Positions 18,282 through 25,052 of a stretch of 32,000 bases of DNA are shown piece after piece; the stretch's first letter is position 1, and each line of letters starts with the position of its first letter. Below the pieces are notes generated by a model. That model was not told where the DNA came from. It searched no databases and saw only the letters and a list, made by a program, of their open reading frames with translations. A program made the translations under genes and the position numbers. The stretch is from Duganella rivi. Its GTDB lineage: Bacteria > Pseudomonadota > Gammaproteobacteria > Burkholderiales > Burkholderiaceae_D. The DNA lies in contig NZ_WWCK01000006.1 in assembly GCF_009857435.1 (NCBI RefSeq), positions 237,029 through 269,028 of the forward strand, in the 5' to 3' direction.

Positions 18282-18572
18282 ATGGGTGGTGCGAAACGGA
18301 TGATGGAGGAAGAAGAGTCAAAGCGCCAAGTCGCTTTGGGAATTGCTATCGAAGCCGGCGTTTTAGAGCAATGCCCTAGTCACGACGACTGCGTGTATCT
18401 CGGTGGTGAGGAAATCGAAAGCGCTTATAAGCTTGCGAATTACAAAGTTTCGCATGGTGAGCTCGCAGACGTCTTCGACGACCGGCGAGAGATGACAGAC
18501 ATCATCAAGGCAGTAGTCGACGATAACTCTGCCGATGAATGTTACGCGTGCACGAAGAATTGGAAAGAATAG
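18282..18572 (+). CDS. Hypothetical acidic 96-aa protein with split Cys4 pattern
   Basis: Strong RBS (AGGAGG 7 nt upstream of the ATG). Cys pattern is CPSHDDC ... CYAC. About 22 Asp/Glu against about 11 Lys/Arg. No family recognised. Confidence 0.7.
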   Translation: MGGAKRMMEEEESKRQVALGIAIEAGVLEQCPSHDDCVYLGGEEIESAYKLANYKVSHGELADVFDDRREMTDIIKAVVDDNSADECYACTKNWKE

Positions 18573-18670
18573 AAGGGCTACGCGTTTCGAAGGGGATAGC
18601 GTTTCGCCCCCCTTGTCAGAACAATAAGGGAGTGCTCTTTTGCCACCCCCTTTGTCTTCCAGCGCCAGCA

Positions 18671-19072
18671 CTATGCTGGCACCGCCGCGTGCGGGAACCA
18701 CCGCGCGATGTTCGCCCGCTCGGCGGTCACCACTTTTTCCAGCATCTGCTGCAGCCGGTCTAGCTGGCCCACCATGTCTACGAGGCAGGCGGCCGGGTCG
18801 TGCAGTACCAGCCAGATTTCCGGGTCTGCTACGTTGAACTCCAGCTGCAGGCCGACTGGTGACGCCAACGGCGGCCGGTCAGGTTCACGCGCGGCGGCGA
18901 TGCGGGCTGCCTGTTCCAGCTCGGGCCGCACCTGGTCGAACAGTTCCACCACCGTGGCGCCGCTGGCCAGCAGATGGCGCACATGGCACCACACCTTCAA
19001 CCGGTCGCCCGCCCGCGCAATGCTCGTGCGCCACTCCAGCACCGGCGCGTCACTCTTCCGCGCGCGGCTCAC
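18671..19072 (-). CDS. Hypothetical protein (133 aa), third gene of a coupled triplet
   Basis: GTG start overlaps the upstream stop (GTGA). GC3-rich codon pattern. No motif recognised. Confidence 0.6.
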   Translation of the reverse strand: MSRARKSDAPVLEWRTSIARAGDRLKVWCHVRHLLASGATVVELFDQVRPELEQAARIAAAREPDRPPLASPVGLQLEFNVADPEIWLVLHDPAACLVDMVGQLDRLQQMLEKVVTAERANIARWFPHAAVPA

Positions 19073-19293
19073 TTCACACCTCCGTGGTCGCTCACAAGCT
19101 TTATGCGGCCAGGCGACGTCGGCGCGCTCTCGAGCGGGAACATCTTGGCGACCATGTTGGCGAAGTCAATGATGTCGGAGCGCCAGTAAGGCGCCGTGGC
19201 ACGGTAGCGTTGCAACAGCTTGTTCTCGTCGGCGGTCAGCGTGAGCGGCACCAGTGCGAGGGCGGCGGCCTCTTCCTTCGATGGCGGTTTCAT
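19069..19293 (-). CDS. Hypothetical protein (74 aa), second gene of a coupled triplet
   Basis: ATGA overlap with the upstream gene and GTGA overlap with the downstream gene. No motif recognised. Confidence 0.55.
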   Translation of the reverse strand: MKPPSKEEAAALALVPLTLTADENKLLQRYRATAPYWRSDIIDFANMVAKMFPLESAPTSPGRIKLVSDHGGVK

Positions 19294-19601
19294 ACGGCAA
19301 CTGCGCTTTCTGCCTGCGCGCGGCGCCAGATGGCGTGGCCTTCCGCTTGGCCGGCATAGTAGGCGTCATCCTCGGCGGTGGCCGGGTCGTACAGCTTGGG
19401 AATGCGGCGGCCCTCGATGCGGAACTTCAGCGCCGCCAGCACGCCGTGCTTGTACGCCGGGCTGCGCGGGTCGCGCGGCACACAAAAGGCGGCGGCGAAC
19501 AGTTCGTCAGCAGTGGCGCTGGCGGCTGGCGCGGACAGTGAGTTAATGGTGGGGAATTGCGATTGCGCCGTGCTGGCGCTGGGCGTGGTGGTGCCTGGCA
19601 T
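19290..19601 (-). CDS. Hypothetical protein (103 aa), first gene of a coupled triplet
   Basis: Start set at ATG 19601 with GGAGG 9 nt upstream. The track start at 19634 lacks an RBS. Ser/Thr/Ala-rich N-terminus followed by a conserved-looking core (FCVPRDPRSPAYKHGVLAALKFRIEG). Confidence 0.6.
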   Translation of the reverse strand: MPGTTTPSASTAQSQFPTINSLSAPAASATADELFAAAFCVPRDPRSPAYKHGVLAALKFRIEGRRIPKLYDPATAEDDAYYAGQAEGHAIWRRAQAESAVAV

Positions 19602-19759
19602 GTTGTAGCCTCCAATGTCGGTGATGAACCGCATCCCACGCTCTCAAACGTGGGGGAGCAGCAAGTGACAGGGTTGAGAGACCGGTGACATAGGAAACCG
19701 GCAGGCCGAAGCCTCCCTGCCACCGCTTGCTCATTGAAGGGCGAACGGAGGCACACGCG

Positions 19760-19781
19760 AAAAAAAAACGGCTTGCGCCGT
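19760..19781 (-). terminator. Rho-independent terminator downstream of the FRG gene
   Basis: Minus strand reads ACGGC-GCAA-GCCGT followed by nine T. It lies about 90 nt after the FRG gene stop. Confidence 0.65.
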
Positions 19782-19868
19782 CTGTGCGCCCATGTCTTTT
19801 CTGGCTCTCACCCCAGACACCGTCTTTGTCCGGTGCTTTTTTAGAATAGGCCAGTGCAACCGTTTGCG

Positions 19869-20774
19869 TCAAGAGGTTTTACGTTTGTAAGGTGTTGCGC
19901 TTGGGGTTTGTGCACTCGCCATTCGTTGAGGGTTGAAGCTCAATACAGACTGTTTATCTTGGAATTTTCCTCGCACCGCAAAACGATTCGGCTCTCTGCT
20001 GCTATCTTCGTAAGAAAGGATTTTTTTCGGAGGGTTTTGGAGATGTCTAGCCACCATATCTTCGAAAGCTTTCTTGCATACAGCTTCGACCGATGGCATT
20101 AGCTGAATGGCAGAAATGCCCATCAAACTTAATTCCCGCATCACCACTGGCCGAAGCTCGGAGGGGATTTCGTATTTGGTTAAATACTTTGTAGCGTCAG
20201 TTTCGTTAGCTCGGATATGCGCCTCGATGTCTACTACATTTGACCAAGTGAAACAGCCCTGCTGTGCAGCTAGCTTGTGATTGCCGATTATTCGGGGGCG
20301 AAGCATCGATACGTTAGGTCTTTCATCTGCGACGTCCTTGCTTTGCGGCTTATCGCGTACCCAAGCCTCCTCGTCAAAACAGTAAATCGCGACGTTCTCG
20401 CTCTGGACGGAAAAACTATCTACCCCCTCAAAGGCGAAATACGCAGCGATGAAGGGGGACGAACTCCAATCCAAAATTGGTGTGGGGAACCCATTGTGCT
20501 GAAGGAAAGCCAGAAATTCCGCTAAGCCTAATTCGCTGGATAGATCCCAACTTTTCCCAGTCCATGCCTCGACCGCCTCTTGTACTTGAGGTAAGACTTG
20601 GTTGATATAGACCAGCATGTCGCCGACATTCCGAACGAAAGGGGTTCGGTGTAGCGCTGATGTTAAGGACCAAGTTGCGTTTCTCTGTCCGCGATAGACC
20701 ATATTGCGTCGCGTGCGAATGTGCTCGCCTACCAGCGCCTTGTACTGTTCCCAAGAAATTAGATTCATACCCAC
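19869..20774 (-). CDS. FRG-domain protein
   Basis: 301 aa (GTG 20774; alternative ATG 20768). FRG signatures: VYRGQRNATWSLTSALHR, LQHNGFPTPILDWSSSPFIAAYFA, NHKLAAQQGCFTW. Visibly AT-richer than the neighbouring backbone. Confidence 0.85.
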   Translation of the reverse strand: MGMNLISWEQYKALVGEHIRTRRNMVYRGQRNATWSLTSALHRTPFVRNVGDMLVYINQVLPQVQEAVEAWTGKSWDLSSELGLAEFLAFLQHNGFPTPILDWSSSPFIAAYFAFEGVDSFSVQSENVAIYCFDEEAWVRDKPQSKDVADERPNVSMLRPRIIGNHKLAAQQGCFTWSNVVDIEAHIRANETDATKYLTKYEIPSELRPVVMRELSLMGISAIQLMPSVEAVCKKAFEDMVARHLQNPPKKILSYEDSSREPNRFAVRGKFQDKQSVLSFNPQRMASAQTPSATPYKRKTS

Positions 20775-21250
20775 TCGCCTAGTTTTTCGTCAGTATGTCC
20801 ATATAGTGGAGCTCAAGCAAGTGGGGCAGACTGGGCGAGTGACGCCCCGAAAATTTGGGCCATGCCGCTGACGCCGGAAAAATTTCCGGGGTCGTCGGCG
20901 GGTGTCGTTCCTCCGAACGATACCGATATCCCGGTTTGCACCATACCCAAGGTAAGTCGCAGATTTGCAAGGGACGAATAGTCCCCTACAAGCTGCCCAC
21001 TTTCCGGGTTATTACCAACGCACGCTCAACACCTGTTGAGCAGCCGTTCAACGCTCGTTGCCACTTGCTTGATATCGGATAGGAACCGGCTGGGTTTCCG
21101 TTGGAGCTCCCACGCCTTACCAGATGAGCAATTAATGGCGGAGTTCATGTGTTGCGCACTGCCGAAATTTTTCAATCAAAATCAAGTTTTGCAGTTATGT
21201 CAACTAATGTTGTTTTACATTAGTCTCACTACTACTCAAGGAGCTAAATC

Positions 21251-21427
21251 ATGAAGATTAAATTTTTTATGCAAGCCGATGCTGGTCATGGAAAGTACCC
21301 AAGTCCAGTGATGACATGCATCTATCCCGACGGTGCGGCGCACGCATTGGAGGACGCAATCCGTCAGATAAGTGAGTTTTGGGGGAGTGACTGGTACAAG
21401 CAAGGCGTGCAGTACGCAGTGAATTAG
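21251..21427 (+). CDS. Unannotated small ORF (58 aa), hypothetical
   Basis: Below the 60-aa track cutoff. ATG is preceded by AAGGAG (7-nt spacer). Translation: MKIKFFMQADAGHGKYPSPVMTCIYPDGAAHALEDAIRQISEFWGSDWYKQGVQYAVN. A GGGCTTCGAAGCCC hairpin follows. Confidence 0.5.
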   Translation: MKIKFFMQADAGHGKYPSPVMTCIYPDGAAHALEDAIRQISEFWGSDWYKQGVQYAVN

Positions 21428-21734
21428 ATGCAGCGAAGGCCCATCGAAGGGGCTTGCAAGGGGGCTTCGAAGCCCTTCGGGCGCCATGACCTGCAACGCG
21501 TTGCAGGCGTTGCAGGCGCATTTCAGGTGCGTGTCGTCGGGACAGGCGCGACTTGTCCTGAGGGACAGCGCGGGAAAGGTATGGGGACGGGCGGCGATGA
21601 TGCTCCTGAAAATTTAGGAGCGCGCCGCCGGCGTCGATATGGGATTTTCCATATCGGGATTTCTTCTCTAATTCGGGGCGATGCAGGATTTCCCGCATCG
21701 GTAGCGAGCATGTGACGGAGGCAACCAGCGCCAG

Positions 21735-21941
21735 CTATTCGTCCCAGTTCAGCGGCCCAGGCGGCCGATACAGCATCGGGGGCTCGTTGCCACCACAGAA
21801 ATACCGCTGCTTGGTACCGGCATTGGCCGGACGCATGACGGCCACGCCGCGAGAACGGGTGATGGCGAGTGGCAGCAGTGGCGCATCGGTGAAAAAATCA
21901 TCGGTGAGAAGGTGCGGGAGTTGGGCGGCGGCAGCAGTCAT
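21735..21941 (-). CDS. Hypothetical protein (68 aa)
   Basis: ATG 21941 has GAGG upstream, and GC3 is better than in the overlapping + strand ORF. No motif recognised. Confidence 0.4.
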   Translation of the reverse strand: MTAAAAQLPHLLTDDFFTDAPLLPLAITRSRGVAVMRPANAGTKQRYFCGGNEPPMLYRPPGPLNWDE

Positions 21942-22169
21942 GGCCTCTAATCTTAGCACGCTCAGCTGCGTACCTTGATGCGTACCTACTACGGATAAGA
22001 ATGATCAATTTCTTCGGGAAATCAAGGCATTAACTGCGCACAAATAGGTGAATCTCCCTGTGAAATAAGGGTAAACACGATTGGTACTCAGCAGGAGTTG
22101 TGAAGCGATATAAACGGATAACGCTATATCCAAGTATCGGCCCCTGCGGCCTTCACCTAGGAGTTTCTT

Positions 22170-22340
22170 ATGCGTTCTATCATTCGTGTCGTTTCTATCT
22201 TGTTCTTGGTCCGTGTTCTGGTGGGTAGCGTCACCATGCCCGGCCTGCACGGCTCGCAGACCATCGCGCCGTGTTACGCTCGCCCGGAGCATACCGTCAA
22301 TGCTCACTGGTCTCGCGCGCCGCTTGCTCCAGCACCTTGA
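22170..22340 (+). CDS. Unannotated small ORF (56 aa) with hydrophobic N-terminus
   Basis: TAGGAG lies 7 nt upstream of the ATG. Translation: MRSIIRVVSILFLVRVLVGSVTMPGLHGSQTIAPCYARPEHTVNAHWSRAPLAPAP. Its 3' end overlaps the convergent DUF2280 gene by 44 nt. Confidence 0.3.
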   Translation: MRSIIRVVSILFLVRVLVGSVTMPGLHGSQTIAPCYARPEHTVNAHWSRAPLAPAP

Positions 22341-22656
22341 TGGCCAGCGGTAGGTTGCCGGCCGCCTCGGCGCGGTCGGCCATGCGCTGCAGCAGTATCA
22401 GGCGGTAAGAGCGGCAGGCGATGGGGATGTTCTCCATTTCGGCCAGTAGTTTGGCTCGCGTCTCGTAGAACATCTCCCGCCAGTGCGCGCCCAGCTTGGC
22501 GCCGGCCCGGCGCTCAGGGTGCCACGCCTCGATGCGCTGGCGCGTCAGCACCAAGCCAAAATTTACTTTGACGGAGGCGGCCACCTGCTCAGGGGTGTCA
22601 AAGCACGCGAGCCCTTGCAGGATATGGATTGCGACGGGGGTAGGTAAGTGAGCCAT
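22297..22656 (-). CDS. DUF2280-like phage protein (small-terminase-associated family, as I recall)
   Basis: 119 aa. The pattern IHILQGLACFDTPEQVAASVKVNFGLVLTRQRIEAWHP...RAGAKLGAHWREMFYETR...IPIACRSYRLILLQRMADRAEAAGN matches my memory of DUF2280 proteins encoded next to phage terminase genes. Confidence 0.65.
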   Translation of the reverse strand: MAHLPTPVAIHILQGLACFDTPEQVAASVKVNFGLVLTRQRIEAWHPERRAGAKLGAHWREMFYETRAKLLAEMENIPIACRSYRLILLQRMADRAEAAGNLPLAIKVLEQAARETSEH

Positions 22657-22686
22657 GGTGTCGTTTTTGTCAAACCAGGTAAAGGC

Positions 22687-23010
22687 TCAGGGCGCGGACG
22701 AGCGCTCATCGCCAGCAGTCAGCAGCATGCCGTCCAGCTCGATGATGTCGGCGGCCTGCAGGTGGCCGCGCTGCTTGGCGCAGGCCTTGGCCAGTTCGCG
22801 CAGGGCGGCCAACTCCTTGCGCTTGAGCTCGGTCAGCTGGCGGCCGGCCTCGTTCTGCTGGATGACGCGCTGCAAGCACCAGCCGTCATCGCCACCCGCG
22901 CGCAGCTGGGCATCGATGCGGCGCTTTTCCTTGCCCACGGCCAGGCGGCGGGCGTGGGCGGTGTGCCAGCGCAATGCGGCGGCGGTCAGTTCTTTGTCGT
23001 TCATGTTCAC
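22687..23010 (-). CDS. Hypothetical protein (107 aa)
   Basis: Good GC3 pattern and lies in the same-strand gene train. No motif recognised. Confidence 0.55.
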   Translation of the reverse strand: MNMNDKELTAAALRWHTAHARRLAVGKEKRRIDAQLRAGGDDGWCLQRVIQQNEAGRQLTELKRKELAALRELAKACAKQRGHLQAADIIELDGMLLTAGDERSSAP

Positions 23011-23117
23011 CTCCGTTTACCCAGCAAGGCCCGAAACTGCGCCGTGGTGACGCGATTAGGCCTCGTCTAGTGGGGTAGCCTAGCCAAGCAGCGCCAGCCG
23101 CTCAGTGGGCCGATTTC

Positions 23118-23729
23118 TCAATCCTTGATGGTGCCGCCGGTTTTGAAGTAGGCGGCGCGGTCGGGGTGCGGCATCTGCTCCAGCTGGGCTCGGGTGATGA
23201 CCTTGGCGCCTGCGTTTTGCGCGGTCGGTGCAGGTGCGGGCTTGCTGGCGCCATCAATGACCGTGCCGCCGCTGCGGACGTGCTGGGCGCGTTCTTGTGG
23301 ACTCATCGCATCAAACTGCTGACGGGTTGCCGTGCGGCCGGCGCCGGGCTGGCCGGCGGGCGACGCGGCCCCTGCTTTCTTCGTAATCATGTCGCGGTTG
23401 GGGTATGCCGCCACCAGCTGTTCAATCGCTTCATCCAGATTCGCCAGTTCACCAGGACGGCGATGGCTGTACATCGGCACGCCTCCGGCGCCGTACGCCA
23501 CCAACTGGCCTTTTTCCAAACGCAGCCCACCGCCAAACGCCGAGGCGGCCACCTCGGATGGGATGTTGAGGTTGTCGGCGACATACTTCGATGCGGCAAA
23601 GGCCTGATTGCGCACCATCGTCATGGCGGCGCCGGCGTCGAATGCGATTTCAGTGCCGTCGTCCAGCTTGTACAGGGGATGGCCGTTTTTCAGGATCACA
23701 TTGCCATTGGAGTCGAGTTTGATCTTCAT
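23118..23729 (-). CDS. Hypothetical phage-type protein (203 aa); N-terminus resembles phage scaffold-like proteins; C-terminal internal duplication
   Basis: MKIKLDSNGNVILKNGHPLYKLDDGTEIAFDAGAA resembles N-termini of podophage scaffold-type proteins as I recall. The two C-terminal repeats are TRQQFDAMSPQERAQHVRSGGTVID and TRAQLEQMPHPDRAAYFKTGGTIKD. Confidence 0.6.
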   Translation of the reverse strand: MKIKLDSNGNVILKNGHPLYKLDDGTEIAFDAGAAMTMVRNQAFAASKYVADNLNIPSEVAASAFGGGLRLEKGQLVAYGAGGVPMYSHRRPGELANLDEAIEQLVAAYPNRDMITKKAGAASPAGQPGAGRTATRQQFDAMSPQERAQHVRSGGTVIDGASKPAPAPTAQNAGAKVITRAQLEQMPHPDRAAYFKTGGTIKD

Positions 23730-23795
23730 GGGGTCTTGCCTTTCAGTTCAGGTTCCGGGTACCGCCCGGCCGGTTGTTTGGTCTTCGGTGGCGCA

Positions 23796-24149
23796 CTACC
23801 GACGAAAAACGTCGTCAGTCAGCGGCGGAGGTGGCACGCGCTGGGGCGGGCCGGTGGCGGGCACGAACTCGCCGCGGTCGCTGCACCAGGTCGCGGCCGG
23901 GAGGTCGTTGTCTCGCTGACGCTGGTAGTCGCCGGCAAAGGCCTGGCGGGCAGGCTTGCCGACGGGCTGGTGGCGGCGCGCGCCATTCCCCACTGGGGGA
24001 TGGGCCGAGGTGTCGGAAAGATTTCCGGCACCTGCCGGTGTCGAATTGGCGCGCGAGCACTGAGCCGAGTTTTTGGCCGAGTGCTGGTGCGGGTCGGTGC
24101 GCGGGGTGTCCAAAATATTTTGGATGCCCTGCGCTATGCCAGACGCCAC
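23796..24149 (-). CDS. Hypothetical protein (117 aa)
   Basis: This is the best GC3 frame among several overlapping ORFs. It overlaps the upstream gene by 16 nt. The start is uncertain. Confidence 0.4.
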   Translation of the reverse strand: MASGIAQGIQNILDTPRTDPHQHSAKNSAQCSRANSTPAGAGNLSDTSAHPPVGNGARRHQPVGKPARQAFAGDYQRQRDNDLPAATWCSDRGEFVPATGPPQRVPPPPLTDDVFRR

Positions 24150-24397
24150 ATGCGCGTGCCGAAGCCGGAATGCTGGTGCTCACCGAACACGCGGTCAACC
24201 AGCAGGCCCTTGCGCACCAACGCGGAGAGGCAGGCATTCGCGCCGCCGGCGGCGCAGATCCCGCGCGCGGTGTTCCAGCCGCCCAGTTCTTTGACGGCAC
24301 CGAGGGTACGGATTTGCGCGGCGGTCAGGGGCAAATTTTTATCCTCGGTCAGCGGTTGTCCAATCCCGTCCGTGTGAAATACTGGTTTCGTGTTCAT
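24134..24397 (-). CDS. Small winged-helix-like DNA-binding protein (87 aa)
   Basis: LTAAQIRTLGAVKELGG...ACLSALVRKGLLVDR resembles a MarR/wHTH recognition region. It lies about 100 bp downstream of the iteron array. Confidence 0.6.
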   Translation of the reverse strand: MNTKPVFHTDGIGQPLTEDKNLPLTAAQIRTLGAVKELGGWNTARGICAAGGANACLSALVRKGLLVDRVFGEHQHSGFGTRMWRLA

Positions 24398-24498
24398 TGC
24401 ATGGTGGCTTTCTGCCCTTCGGGCGTTTGTGATTAAGGTCGGGTTCGGCGTTGCCGTCGGCGTGAAAACTGCGCATGCAGATGGCTTCTCTAGATGGT

Positions 24499-24625
24499 CA
24501 CCGTGAGACGGTGTAGAGAGATGGGTAAAAACAGGCCTGATTGCACCGTGAGACGGTGTAGTGGGCGAGGTCTCTACACCGTGAGACGGTGCAATAGGAG
24601 GCCTCTCTACACCGTGAGACGGTCT
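24499..24625. repeat. Iteron/operator array: four direct copies of the palindromic core ACCGT-GAG-ACGGT
   Basis: Cores are at 24500-24512, 24545-24557, 24578-24590 and 24611-24623, giving spacings of 45, 33 and 33 bp. Copies 1-2 extend rightward (GTAGAG) and copies 3-4 extend leftward (CTCTAC), which are halves of a 25-bp palindrome CTCTACACCGTGAGACGGTGTAGAG. Confidence 0.85.
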
Positions 24626-24632
24626 AAGGACG

Positions 24633-25052
24633 TTAATTTTTCCTGAGCTGTTTTTGAAGGTAGGCGCCGCGCTCGAAAGCCGCTGCTACGCCGGCGTCGT
24701 AGCCGTCGATTTTGTCCAGCGTGCGCCAGGTGACCGCGTACCAGCCGGCCTTGTTCGGGCGTTGGCCCTTCGCTGTCTCGAAGATAAATCCGGCTTCCAG
24801 CAGCTCCCGCTTCGCTCGGGTGATGACATCGTTGCTAGTCCAGCCTCGTGATGCGAGGTAGGCGGCCGAAGCGAGCAAACGGCCGTTGTTGTCGCGCACG
24901 AACTGACGAGCGAACTCCATCAGTAGGCTGCGCGCTGGATGCGAAAGACGGGCATAGGCGGGGCAGTCGAGAACAGACCAAGGCAACGCTACGAAGCCGC
25001 CGCCGTCGCGCCCTGAGTCGCCTTTCTTGCGGTTGCTGCGGTCAATACCCAT
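24633..25052 (-). CDS. Winged-helix protein of island Rep/regulator type (139 aa)
   Basis: GGAGG RBS. FVALPWSVLDCPAYARLSHPARSLLMEFARQF...NNGRLLASAAYLASRGWTSNDVITRAKRELLEAGFI...RPNKAGWYAVTW. I recall this pattern from small replication/regulatory proteins of tRNA-linked islands. The stop lies 10 bp from iteron 4. Confidence 0.65.
   Translation of the reverse strand: MGIDRSNRKKGDSGRDGGGFVALPWSVLDCPAYARLSHPARSLLMEFARQFVRDNNGRLLASAAYLASRGWTSNDVITRAKRELLEAGFIFETAKGQRPNKAGWYAVTWRTLDKIDGYDAGVAAAFERGAYLQKQLRKN

Noticed and set aside
22005-22307. 100-aa - strand ORF
   Set aside because: Poor codon pattern and no RBS. It lies in the AT-rich spacer, and the + strand small ORF with an RBS is slightly more credible. 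Neither is strong.
23166-24377. 403-aa + strand ORF spanning several small minus-strand genes
   Set aside because: It crosses three independently supported minus-strand genes. The composition is Arg/Gly/Ala-rich, with no RBS or motif.
24499-24625. Possible CRISPR array (four regularly spaced repeats)
   Set aside because: The repeat cores are only 13 bp (25 bp at most with extensions). Spacers are 20-32 bp of ordinary intergenic sequence. There are only four copies, the cores are palindromic protein-binding-type sites, and no cas genes are present in the window. Interpreted as iterons or operators.
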